A stretch of DNA of 64,000 nt from the NCBI GenBank assembly GCA_964016885.1, contig OZ024742.1:144584001-144648000 (forward strand), given 5' to 3'. Positions 41,460 through 54,402 of the stretch are shown piece after piece. A program made the translations under genes and the position numbers. A model generated the notes under the pieces. It worked only from the letters and a program-made list of their open reading frames with translations, searched no databases and was not told where the DNA came from. The stretch is from Eledone cirrhosa. Taxonomy: Eukaryota. Position 1 is the stretch's first letter. Each line of letters begins with the position of its first letter.

Positions 41460-43524
41460 TATAGTTATATATACACTATATACAACTATAAACAGGAAAG
41501 GTCAGTAATTTATTACTACCTTATTATTAGTAAGAAAAAATAGCTCAATGTAAATACATGAGATGTTTTACGGAGGAGCCGGAATATAAATTGCACAATA
41601 ATCAAAGCTATATTCAAATCATTTTATTGCTGACAATCGTTTCGAATCATCGGAGCAGTAGCAATGTTTGTACATATAATTAACCTCCTATTCAACTGAA
41701 CAATCATGTACATACATGGATAGTAATGTCAACAACAGTTTCATATTTACAGGTTGGAATGGATGCGACATAGATTACATGAGAATTGTACAATAATTAA
41801 AATTAAAAATTAAAATTTAAAATTTAAAATTAAAAAGGTACAGAATGGAATGCAAGCGACAGAGATTATAAGGGAATAGTATAACAATTAAAGAGGCATT
41901 AAGGTAGAAAGTTACTCGTAAAACGAGGACACTAGCAGTACATATGCAAGTGTAAAGAGAGTGCAAATGCATTAGTCATATACATGAAGGAAACAAGCAA
42001 TTGTATTAGGCATATATAATTTTTTGCAAGGCAAAGGTATCACATAAAATAAGCATATCAGGCAAAGCTGTTTTTGTATTAAAACTATGTGTTTATGGTG
42101 GATGTAGTGTGACTGTTGTTTCTGTAATGTTCAAATGTATATGTGCTGAGAGTATCAATGTTATTGCTATCTTTTCCATTACATTGGCTATGTTTTATTT
42201 TAGTGAATGTTTTTAATCAGTCACAGCCATGGATTGTACACGGATCCTATTATATTGCGATCTGGGTTTCAAGTTGCTGTGGAGTGATTTTACTAACGGT
42301 TTAACTTCCGGAGGTGAGTTTGATGTATATTAAGGGGAGCTAATACGAAAGGGGAGGTAACTAGCGATTACATTGTATATGATAGAAATTAGAAAAATGT
42401 AAAGTTGTTTACAGCTCCAATCTGTTAAAATCTTTGTGTTGATATACATTATATTATACGCGAATCCCTTTTATATAATGCTATTTGTTTTTATTTAATT
42501 TTGAATAGAATATATTTTCCTATAATACATTAGGTCTCATTATATTGTTATCTATTCATTACTTAATACAGTATAAGAAAGTTACAGGAAAAGATGTATA
42601 GTTGTTTACAGGTCTAATTAGTTAAATCTCTTGTGCTATTAATATACATTATATTATAAGTGAATCCCATATATATAATGCTATTAATTTATATATTTAA
42701 TTATAAATATAATTTATTTTTCTATACTACATTAAGTGTCTCATCATATTATTATCTATCCATTACTGAATATAATATAAGCAAGCTATAGTGGTTATAT
42801 TAAATGGTGTTAGCTTTGTGTTTATTTTAAGTAGTTATTGTATAGTATAAAGTTTGAAATAAAAAGGAGTTAAGTAGAGTGATCAGCTGATCAAAGAGTG
42901 AGATGCTGTGGGGGTACTTATATGCCGATAAAACTTAGAGGTGAGGTGTTAATGGTGGTGAGGAATTCAGATCTGACATTGTTATATATTAGCAGCTTGT
43001 TTTAAAGCTATGAAAAGAGTGTCGGCGGTAGTGCTGGCACATCGAAAAAACCTCTGATATTCTATTTAGGAGGTCTAGCTTGGAATAGATTATTTTTCGG
43101 GTCTCTAGAAGACAAAGGTTACATAATTTATTTGGTAGTTTATACGATGCGGCCCAATCTACTATCTCCCATTGAAGTGTATATGGTTTATTTTTAGTTT
43201 TCAGAGATTGTATGTAGCTAGATAAAGAAGTGGAGTTGGCTAGATTACGATTTTTGAAAGTGTGGAGATGCGAGTTATATCTCGTCTTGAAGCAGTTTGA
43301 AGTTGAACCGATATATGTTTTAGAAGAGTTGTTAAGCAATGTTAAGCAATTTTTACCTAAGAGACAAGTTCTATTTGTTCTACAGTTCTACAGTTACAGT
43401 TATTCTGTTTGTTTGCTTGCCGGTTACTATGTTGTGTAGATGCCTGGTTGTTAGGGATAGCATTAGGGTAATGATGGTTGTCGTTCCCATTGTTATTAAT
43501 TTCATTAGAGCTATTATCATTATT

Positions 43525-43710
43525 ATGGTGGATTGGCAGTATCGGTAGAGGGTCGGACGCCATGCTTTCCAGCATAGTTACGTCCCTTTACGATCTGAGT
43601 TCAAATCCCGCCGAGGTTGACTTTGCCTTTCATCCTTACGGGGTGGATAAAATAAAGTACCCGTAATGCACTGGGTAATTGCTGGCCTTGTGCCTAAAGT
43701 AGAAACAATT
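43525..43710 (+). mobile_element. Family 1 SINE nested in the PLE
   Basis: Consensus match inserted in an (ATT)-rich tract. Confidence 0.9.
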
Positions 43711-45832
43711 ATTATTATTGCTACTAGAGATCTCTGGTACTATGTTGCCCTCTGCTGTGATTTAATTAGTTGGAAATAATTATTAATCTTCCTTTTATTA
43801 CTACTAGCTATATGGTATGCGATGTTAGGTGTGGTAGAATAAGAGATTTTAATGGTATTTTATTGATAAGATTATAGTACTTGTGGCCGGCGGGGAAGTT
43901 TTTTCTAGGTTTGAGAAGAAAGCCTTAGGTAAGTTGGTAGAGACGTTTAAACTGAAAGGGGGATTGAAGAATGTATTAGTTCTTCTATTTTTGTTTTTTT
44001 TGTAATTTTATTTATATTTCTGTTTATACTATTATTGTGGTGTTTATTCTGGTGCGAGTTAAGTTTGATATTACCCTTTGTATTAGAGTTAGAGTGTCTA
44101 GTACTTTTATTATTTTTCCTCATGGCCATATTGTGAGAAATAATGTTGTAACTAGGTGATTTTATAGGTAGAAATTTTATATAATTTTTATGTCCTGATT
44201 TAGCTAAGGCCTCATTAAAGTATTGGGAATTATTGTTAAATATGGTTTCGTTATATGATAGATTAGAGATTCTATTAGATATTCCTTTAGTTTAATATAG
44301 ATTCCTTTAGTTTAATATAGATTTAGGGTGGTTAGAGTTGATATCTACGTAAAGTAGTTTTTCGTTTGGTTTATGAAAGGGTGTATATATTTTAGAGTCC
44401 AGGTAAAGGGTAACATCAAGGAAGTTAACGTTTTAAAAATAGAAAATCAGATGTTTTTTCTATGTGCCAGCACTACCACCGACACTCTTTTCATAGCTTT
44501 AAACCAAGCTGCTAATATATAACATTGTCAGATCTGAATTCCTCACCACCATTAACACCTCACTTCTAAGTTTTATCGGTATATAAGTACCCCCACAGCA
44601 TCTCACTCTTTGATCAGCTCATCACTCTACTTAACTCCTTTTTATCTCTAACTTTATACTATACAATAACTATTTAGAATAAACACAAAGCTAACACCAT
44701 TTAATATAACCACTATAGCTTGCTTATATTATATTCAGTAATGGATAGATAATAATATGATGAGACACTTAATGTAGTATAGAAAAATAAATTATATTTA
44801 TAATTAAATATATAAATTAATAGCATTATATATATGGGATTCACTTATAATATAATGTATATTAATAGCACAAGAGATTTAACTAATTAGACCTGTAAAC
44901 AACTATACATTTTTTCCTGTAACTTTCTTATACTGTATTAAGTAATGAATAGATAACAATATAATGAGACCTAATGTATTATAGGAAAATATATTCTATT
45001 CAAAATTAAATATAAACAAATAGCATTATATAAAAGGGATTCGCGTATAATATAATGTATATCAACACAAAGATTTTAACAGATTGGAGCTGTAAACAAC
45101 TTTACATTTTTCTAATTTCTATCATATACAATGTATACGTTAGTTACCTCCCTTTTCGTATTAGCTCCCCTTAATATAGATCAAACACACTTCCGGAAAT
45201 TAAACCGTTAGTAAAATCACTCCACAGCAACTTGAAACCCAGATCGCAATATAATAGGACCCGTGTACAATCCATGGCTGTGACTGATTAAAAACATTCA
45301 CTAAAATAAAACATAGCCAATGTAATGGAAAAGATAGCAATAACATTGATACTCTCAGCACATATACATTTGAACATTACAGAAACAACAGTCACACTAC
45401 ATCCACCATAAACACATAGTTTTAATACAAAAACAGCTTTGCCTGATATGCTTATTTTATGTGATACCTTTGCCTTGCAAAAAATTATATATGCCTAATA
45501 CAATTGCTTGTTTCCTTCATGTATATGACTAATGCATTTGCACTCTCTTTACGCTTGCATATGTACTGCTAGTGTCCTCGTTTTACGAGTAACTTTCTAC
45601 CTTAATGCCTCTTTAATTGTTATACTATTCCCTTATAATCTCTGTCGCTTGCATTCCATTCTGTACCTTTTTAATTTTAATTTTTAATTTTAATTATTGT
45701 ACAATTCTCATGTAATCTATGCCGCATCCATTCCACGCTGTAAATACGAAACTGTTGTTGACATTAATATCCATGTATGTACATGATTGTTCAGTTGAAT
45801 AGGAGGTTAATTATATGTACAAACATTGCTAC

Positions 45833-45879
45833 TGCTCCGATGATTCCAAACGATAGTTTGGAAGAAACGATTGTCAGCA
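45833..45879 (+). ncRNA. Type I hammerhead motif with CCGAUGA core variant
   Basis: TGCT-CCGATGA-TTCCAAAC gata GTTTGGAA-GAAAC gatt GTC-AGCA-ATAAA; the inverted copy at 41628-41657 has lost 17 nt of stem II. Confidence 0.75.
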
Positions 45880-45919
45880 ATAAAATGATTTGAATATAGC
45901 TTTGGTTATTGTGTAATTT

Positions 45920-45957
<38 letters not shown>

Positions 45958-45963
<6 letters not shown>

Positions 45964-46920
45964 CTAATGGGGTTTTTTCATAGAATAACAGCAAAACATT
46001 TCTTTTACAAAAAGGAATTTATCGTACCGGTTTCAGCCAAGTGTTGTTGGGCTTCTTCATGCTATGGAAGTGTATAATAAAATGTATAATCGAATTAAAT
46101 TGTATATTAATAAGAATATGGAATAACAGAACGTGGTTTACATACACACATATATATAGAAGATAGATAGTCATAAACATATATATACTAAGATAGATAG
46201 ATATATTTAGAAATAATTACTCCCTTAGTCTACTTTAAGGTCACACTACGATTTAGGCTAGTCCCACGGACAGCTCCCTATACTACTATTAATAGTGATA
46301 CTATTGCTGCCACACCTACCCGTCGTCTCCTTCTACTTAGCCCACCCTTCCTTTGTCATTCCCTTCCTTCTTTGCTATAACCCTATTATTACTACCACTC
46401 TTCTTCTTCTTCTTCTTCTTCTTCTTCTTCTTCTTCTTCTTCTTCTTCTTCTTCTTCTTCTTCTTCTTCTTCTTCTTCTTCTTCTTCTTCTTCTTCTTCT
46501 TCTTCTTCTACTACTACCACTACAGTCGAGGTCAACACCAAGAACTTAGAACGAGTTGGTTCTCTTGCCTCTGCTATTCTCACTGCTGCAGTTATAGTCA
46601 ATACCACCAAGAAGGAGGGAAAGAGAGAACGTGATAAACAAAAATGTGAACTCTTCTATATATATGTATGTAAACCATGTTCTTTTATACCATATTCTTA
46701 TTAATATACAACTTAACTCCATTATCAAATGTATTATACACTTCCGTAGCATGAAGAAGCTCAACAACCCTTGGCTGAAACCGGTACGATAAATTCCCTT
46801 TTTGTGAATAAATGTTTTGCTGTTATTCTATGAGAAAATCCTATTAGCATTTTCTAATGTTTTTCCTTTTTACTATTATATATATCAACTCGTGTGTCAC
46901 TCCTCAACATTCTAAATGTA
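45958..46920 (+). mobile_element. pLTR-like segment with about 110-bp inverted ends and an internal (CTT)n tract
   Basis: 45958-46070 vs 46741-46853 inverted; degenerate hammerhead ATGAAGA-AGC...GCT-GAAAC cg GTA; tail CAACTCGTGTGTCAC; (CTT)n at 46399-46508. Confidence 0.75.
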
Positions 46921-47054
46921 TATATATAACCAAAATTAAATTAAGGATGTCATGTCTGAGAGACATGCGTCATACCCTCTGTAGAATAAACTCAAAGATT
47001 CCAAGGGACGAATCCAAGCATTTATTAGCATTCAATTAAAAATCGATTGGCATA

Positions 47055-48578
47055 TCTATATATATAAAACTGAGGATGTATGTCTGTGTGTGTGTGAGTT
47101 TGAATCCCTAAAACTAGAGAACCACCCAACCGACTGTTTTCAAACTTTACACATGTAATACTTATGTTTCAGGGAGTGTTCTGAGCAAAACAATTTCAAA
47201 TTTTCTATGCCCTAGGGACCACATTAGGCGATTTAGCGATCTCTCTCTATAATTCTTAGTCTTTCTCTTTTTCGATAGATACATACATATAACGGCACGC
47301 CCTTATAATATCTGTCTGTATGTCTGGCTGTCTGCATTACGTCACTTCTCACAATTCCCTCTTAGTCCAGAACGCGCCCTTATAATATCTGTCTGTATGT
47401 CTGGCTGTCTGCATCGCACTCGGCGCGTCAATGTATGGCTGTTAAACGGACCGCGAAGGCATTCTGATACATTCTAAAGACTACCAGTGGAAGCAACCGT
47501 AACACCCTCCTTCAAATGTCAGAGAACGCAGTCAAAGTCACTATTAAGGGCTACAAGTGAACGCTCAAATGGCCCGTTTTAGGGCCACCACTTGAAATTG
47601 TTGATGGTTACCCCTCCTTACTGGGGGTGTCAGTGAACGGCTTACAAGGCCCTTTTAAGGGCCCTTGAAATAATTGATGGCGACCCTTTCGTTTAGGGCT
47701 GCCAGTGAACGCGCACACGCCTCGGGGCCCATTTTATTGCACCATTCCTCTTTAAATGTGTTAAATTATACTCACAGTTTGGTAAACGTCTGTCCAGTTG
47801 TGTTACTTACTAAGGTGAGGTGGACTCCTTCGAGAAGGCTCCACATGCTGTCCCATTGCACGTCATATCTTGCTCAAGCATTGCAGACTTCCCTCTGACA
47901 TAAGTAGTGACATCTGTCCTGCTGACTCATGCCACTTTATTAATATACAAAAGCACCAAGCCGATTTTCTCCACGTGGAAAGAGAAGCATACCTAATACT
48001 AATTGCATCAGAGTATTCGGTTTATTTTTTATACATATTGTCCAGGCATGCAGTTTTTCCACGATTAGGTCTGTTGGCGGCCCGCGTATGTTTCATGGAG
48101 TGTTATGCACATAAAAAATTCAACTTTTTCAGTATTTTAGGGGTATTTTGAGGCGTTACGTCAGACCGATTTCCTTGAAATTGTAACTATGTATTAGTCA
48201 GTCTCTTCCTCATACCGTGAGCAAAGAAAATCCAACTTTTTTTATGGCCTAGGGCCCGCATTTGGTGAAAACTTCATTTATTCAGCTTTTTCTGGCTTTT
48301 GTTTTAGGCGTTACGTCTAGCCGATTTTCCCGAAATTTCAGGGCATATTATGCAGATAAAAAGAATTCATTTTCTTGATCCCCTAGGGCCCGCATTAGGT
48401 GAAAACCTGCATTTTTCCTGCTCCATCGAGGAAAATCTTAAAGATTATCCAGCCATCAGAGTATTCGGTTTATTTTCTTTACATATTGTCCAGGCATGCA
48501 ATTTTTCCACGATTAGGTCTGTTGGCGGTCCGCGTTCCAAAATATCTTATCCCGTGCAACGCCGGGTACCACTGCTAG
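47055..48578 (+). mobile_element. Non-autonomous Helitron, both termini intact
   Basis: A|TCTATATATATAAAA start; CCCGTGCAACGCCGGG hairpin 8 nt before CTAG|T; no TSD; host repeat rejoins across it; internal short duplications. Confidence 0.88.
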
Positions 48579-49021
48579 TATATATATAAAATAAACATAT
48601 CAAACAATCATAGGGGATAATTTGTAAAGAGTGTAAACACACATAGTTTCGAAGGTAACAAATTAAAATTTAACGAGAACTTAAAATATAGATACCTTAC
48701 AATAATGATTAATCTCCTTTGTAAATATTTCATTAAATAAAGAATTATATTTCACCATTAATCGGTAAATCACAGTAGTCAAATCCCGGATCATCGGCAA
48801 AGGAGATTTAACTATTTGTGTTCACACACTAAATGCAAATCTGTAAATGACGAAAAGCACGTGTGGTATTTAAAAACAAAAAAATACACATTGCACAACC
48901 GTCATCTCAGTGGCGTGAATAGGATTATTGACAGCTAGAAATAGCAGCCAAGTCCTTTCAACTGAGATAAGCTCTACTAATTAGGAGCAGTATATATAAC
49001 CAATATATATTTATATATATC

Positions 49022-49056
<35 letters not shown>

Positions 49057-50539
49057 GTGCGCGCGCGTGTGTGTTTGTGTGTGTGTGTGTGTATCTGTAT
49101 ATATATATATACAAGCATATATTATGCGTGTTTGTACGTGTCTATAGCAATGTCTGTTTATGCTTATACCAAACTAAAAATCGGTTCTGTTTATATTGTG
49201 TCCTTCTATGTCCCGCAACTTAGCGGTTCAACGAATAAAGAATGAGAGAATAGCCGTGATCAAATAACTGAAACTAATTAACGAAGAAAAGTAAAAAAAT
49301 ATACGCTTTCCAAAGTATACGTTGTTCTAATCTTTCATACAGACACTTAGTGCTATAGCTTGTGTAATAAATATTCATTAGAATATGCAAAACTAAGGGT
49401 GTTGTCGATCATATCTAGTTTTGTCACTGGAATAATGGCTTCATTTTAGTATTTCTGTAATTCCTGAATTCTTAGCAAGATAAAATCAGAATGGCACAAT
49501 GACAATGTAATCATTTGAAGGTATTTAGATATATTTTCGATTTTTCTTGTTTATGTTATCCAATATAACACAGATATTATTATAAAACCTCATTTATAAA
49601 CCATTGTCTCTCCTGTTGAATTCCTCTCTTCATTTTAGAGCAGTTTGGATCTTGTTGCTGCGTTTTTACCAATGCTTGGTAAACACAGATATGTGCTGGG
49701 GGTGTTGTTGTACTCCGACTCTGAATGCAGGAATGCAGGAATGCAGGAGCCAATGTCTCATCGGGTGATGAAGTAACTCCGTAGCTTTTTGGGCCCCATT
49801 CCACCGCTTTTTACTAAAATATGAATGTAATGTTTCTTGTTAGGATATACATAATATATACGCTTGCGGCTTGAGCCAGCCTGCGAAAACTATATTTCCA
49901 AAGATTAATGTCGGTTCAACGTATCTCGGGTGAATACTGACATAAGTAAATAGAGATTAGCAATTGGTGTGACAACATCGTGTTTTTGATCTATGCATAG
50001 TAAAAGAGAAATGCATGTCATATTACTTTGACTTCTTTGACCGAAAGGAAAACTCTTACTACTATTCTTTTTCCGTAAAGGCAATATTACGATTGTGCGG
50101 TTCTTAATACCTTTGTGAGCTTATTCCTTTCAACATCACCAGTTGCCTTTAGACCAAGAGATTGCTTTCTTTATTGCAATTTTAGTTGTTCTAATATGGA
50201 CGTTTCTTTATTATAGCTATTAGAAGGGTAGTGGATTGCAGAATCGGTAGAGCACCGGGCAAAGGTACTGTGGGATTAAGTTTGATCACTTTACATTCTG
50301 AGTTCAAATTCATAAAGATTTTATGCTTGCAGATCTGTTCCACCCTAATCAGTAAACAGCAGCCAAATCTCTATCAAATCACACCTGCCATTAATCATAG
50401 GTCAACTGAAGGTTCACCACAGGAAAATAAAAAAACAACAGCATTATTTCAGTTCAGGAGAATTTAAAGAAGTACTATACAGTAATGTTTGAAAAATTGT
50501 TTAGTGACTGATTAATAAAGTAGTAAACTTGTTCAAATA

Positions 50540-50850
50540 GGTGGCGAATAAGCAGAATCGTTAGAACGTCAGATAGAATGCTTTGTATTCTTTCCGGCTC
50601 TCTGCTTTCTGAGTTCAAATCTAACCGAGGTCAACTAACCTTTCATTCATTCAAGGTTGATAAAACAGTACCATTCTAATACTGAGTTGATTCTTTCTTT
50701 ATATCTCTTTCTCACTTCCATTCTCCCACTTTTTATCCTTCTCTGGAAGAGGAGATAAGCTCTGCCAGGTTTTAAAAAATGTCCTAGGAATGACATATGT
50801 CAATACGGTGCCCCTACGACTCATTCAGGAGTTACAGCTCCATACATACA
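50540..50850 (+). mobile_element. tRNA-derived SINE (family 3)
   Basis: Colinear with 30630-30960, including tail ctctggaaga...gccagg...tatgtcaatac...ggagttac. Confidence 0.75.
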
Positions 50851-51404
50851 AACCTGTTTAAAGTATGTTTGCTAATTGCGTGTTTGTAAAACAGGCTCGA
50901 CTGTGAATAAATCAGATAAAGGATGATGTACTGACTGACGTACAAAAACACTTCTCTGTTAACGGAAATATCCGTCTTAGGTGAAGGAAAAATACAAAAT
51001 CTCATCAGTAATTGTTAGTGAATCTCAGCGAAAAGGAAAGCTAATTTAAAGGAATTAAAGAAGTAATTTCATAAAATTAATTTACATGTTTAATGTAATT
51101 TTGTAATTTTGTTTAAAGAAGAAATCAACGTAACAAAATAACACATTTTGTATGGATTTTTGCAAAAGAAGAACTAACAAAAATCAAATATTAAATCCAG
51201 GTAAACATCACCAACAACTTGTAAGATAAAAAATGCAATATCTGTTGCCAAATAATATACGTATAAGTAAATTAGGTGGCTAGAGATAATAATTTTTGAT
51301 AGCATTATCTACATTATCTAAAATGATCAATAATCAACTCAATTAACGGATTCCGTTGTTAAACTCCTAACTCTGGTTTTAATGCTTATATTACTACTAC
51401 AGTG

Positions 51405-51725
51405 AGGGCTGTGGTTTGGCAGTATCGGTAGAGTGTCGGGCAAGATGCTTCTTGACGCATGGTTACGTCCCTTAGGATATACATAATATATACGCTTGCG
51501 GCTTGAGCCAACCTACGAAAACTATATTTTCAAAGGTTAATACCGGTTGAATTCATCTCGGGTGGACACTAACATAAGTAAATAGAGATTAGCAATTCTG
51601 AGTTCAAATCCTGCAGAGGTTAGCTTTGCATTTCATCTTTACGGCGTCGATAAAATAAAGTACTAGTAACGCACTGAGTCCTTCCCGGAAAAATTGTTGG
51701 CCTTGTACCTAAATCAGAAACCATT
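51405..51725 (+). mobile_element. Family 1-like SINE carrying an insertion of about 125 bp
   Basis: SINE head ends at gttacgtccc (51471) and resumes at ctgagttcaaatc (51598); the insert matches 49840-49965. Confidence 0.85.
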
Positions 51726-53299
51726 ATTACTACTACAATCATTATTCTGAAAAAATATCAACTTTTGATTGCTCACCATCGTTGTATAAGAATCTAGATT
51801 TTGTAAATGCTAGTTATTTAGATTTCGACGAATCAACCTAATCACTATATCCCAATGATAATAGCTACTTCCTTCTTTACTTACTTACACAGTAATATTA
51901 AACTGATAGATTTCCCTGCAGTCTCATCAACGAATAGAGAAATAGCAATGAAGCTAAATAGATGTTAGCAGATTTGATTTTTCTTTTTCTGAATACTTCT
52001 ATGGTTATCCAATTCATCAACAATGTTTCATGCTTGAACATGGATCGAAGTCTCTGCAGTATAAAAGTAGGTAAAATGATTCAAATTAACAGTCGATATT
52101 TGCAACAGACTTGGTCAATCTGACCCCGCAAGAAAATGGTTAAGCTATAGAAAAATCACATGCGTTATTATGGCAAACACACGTATTTATGTACACAGAC
52201 CAACATGCAGGCATATATGCACCCCTCCCCCCACACATACACAAATACACCAACAGGCAGACATATATGCTCATGCACACACTCAAACTAACATGCAAAC
52301 ATCTATGCGCATGCACACACTCGTACACAAATATATAGATGTATACTATCAAATATTTATCTCTCTTTCAATTTCTATCCTACTCAATTAGTTTCCTGAG
52401 AGCTTTTGTTTAATTAAAGTCGTGAATAGCTAGAAATCTTCGAATAAGAATAAGTTTATCGGAGATTTTCTACTATATAGCAAATATGTTACGAATTTAG
52501 AAACAGTTTGAGTACAAGGAACTAACCATAAGTAGTTCCTGGAGAACCGAGTGTCTTTGATGTTTTTCATTTGTCGAAGTGTATTAAATCTTCAGTTGTA
52601 ACATTACGCCGGAAGCAAGAACATTTAAGATAAGGCAATTAGCCAAACTTTAATATAGTCTCGTTTTAAAACCTATGAAATTGATAACAAAATGAAAGAA
52701 AAAAGACGAGGGTGGGAATGGAAAAGAAGGTGGGGGAATTATGGTCAATGTAATTGTTTGTGGCTATCTTCATACATTTAGACGATACTGAAGAAGAGTG
52801 ATCATGCAAAGCGAAATAAATAAATCCCAGAAGTTTTATGCATCGCTGCATCAAATGTTGGTGGAATGAATACGGTTAACATAAACATAGATAAAAATCA
52901 ATTTATTTGATAATATCTGAACCTTTCTTTGCCATTTTGTAGAACGTAAGCTCAATCCAACAACATATGCAATTTCAAAGTTTCTAGTGATTCTTGTGAT
53001 TTTACAATAAAATCTGCAGATAAAGCCCACAAGGTTGTTTTAATATGCTTTTTTATAATTCTGATATTGGTATATGTGAGATTACTAAAAGGCATAGACA
53101 TAAAGCCACATGTAAATAAATATTGAAAGCCGTTTAATCCAGACCTCCACCGTTCTACAAGCCACCACTCTCACAAAGAACAAATATTGTCTTCATAAGT
53201 TCTTTTTAAAAGTCCGTTTTTCTGCCATCGCTCTCCTATTGTATATGCATCCACATATCTATCTATTTTTTTCTCCCTCTGTCTCCCTAGTAAGGGAAT

Positions 53300-53590
53300 G
53301 TGAAATTAGTGGGTCGTTCTCTACAGTTTGTGGCAAAATCTTCCTGTCAGAGGTTGAACTTCAATCTCATATAAAAGCGCGCAGTATGACACTTCCTACA
53401 GACAACAGAACATACATATCAGTTTATTCTTATCAATGCCACAAGAACATTTTAAAGCTCAAGATCAGACAACACCGGTAGTTCAAGCTGCATCAAAACT
53501 AATGTGCAATTTATGTGGACATCTTTTGAAATGTATTTCTGGTCTGAAAAGCTACATAAGATCTCGTGCCAGAACTGAGCATCATGTAGA
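53300..53590 (+). pseudogene. Decayed C2H2 zinc-finger remnants, probably the C-terminus of an RTE/BovB-like LINE
   Basis: TVCGKIFLSEVELQSHIKA and [20 protein letters not shown]; no intact ORF. Confidence 0.4.
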
Positions 53591-54214
53591 CTGAAGTGGT
53601 CAAGCGTTGTATTGAGGAGAAAAACACACACACACACACGCGCGCGCGCACCCACACGCACACACACACACACGCGCACGCACACACACACACACACACG
53701 CACACACGCACACACACACACACACATATATATATATTTATGTAAACACACAATCGGAGATTGTCGTTACTGCTTTTCATTCATCTGAAGAACGGTGACA
53801 TGGAACTCCGAGTAGCAGCTCACAAAGACGCTGCGTTTTCTCACTGCTTTTCATGCTATTACTGTAAGAACATATACCTACCTACATACATACATACATG
53901 TGCATGTGCATGTATGTAAGAGTGCGTGTGTGTCTTTGTGTGAGTAATCATAAATCAACATATGAAATTATATATAACTGATCGACAAGAAGTCGAACCC
54001 AATCTTAACTCAACCGCTCTCTCATCTTTAAAACTTCTTTATTATTACTAGAATGAACTATTCTTCTACGACCTTGTTTATCGGCCACCACACCTTAGAT
54101 CCTCCGATACTTCGACATACGTATCTTTCATCCTATCATCACTGAATATATGCCCTTTTCTTCATGCTTCACATAAATCACTTAGAGCAGTTCATTATTT
54201 CTAGAATGTAGAAA

Positions 54215-54402
54215 GGGCCGTGGATTGGCAGTATCGGTAGAGGGTCGGACGCCATGCTTTCCAGCATAGTTACGTCCCTTTACGATCTGAGTTCAAATCC
54301 CGCCGAGGTTGACTTTGCCTTTCATCCTTACGGGGTCGATAAAATAAAGTACCAGTAATGCACTGGATAATTGTTGGCCTTGTGCCTAAAGTAGAAACAA
54401 TT
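54215..54402 (+). mobile_element. Family 1 SINE, full length, with TSD
   Basis: TTATTTCTAGAATGT duplicated on both sides. Confidence 0.93.

Larger units (their letters stand above)
41480..45922 (-). mobile_element. Penelope-like element (RT end and GIY-YIG on minus) between about 1.48-kb inverted pLTR arms
   Basis: 41585-43064 vs 44439-45922 inverted; spacer encodes VNFLDVTL/FHKPNEKL remnants and TYIGSTSNCFKTRYNSH...CNLCLLE (42989-43339 minus). Confidence 0.9.

Noticed and set aside
47480-47715. CRISPR-like repeat array
   Set aside because: Degenerate tandem units inside a Helitron, no unique spacers, no cas genes, eukaryotic context
49580-49804. 74-aa minus-strand ORF in a GC-richer patch as an exon
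   Set aside because: No recognisable motif, contains a 7-bp triple repeat, no convincing splice-site pair
52793-52826. CTGAAGA...GAAAT motif on plus strand
   Set aside because: Stem II does not form; compatible with chance in AT-rich DNA
53239-53481. Host C2H2 zinc-finger gene
   Set aside because: Fingers are incomplete, out of frame with each other and lack TGEKP linkers; better explained as a LINE remnant
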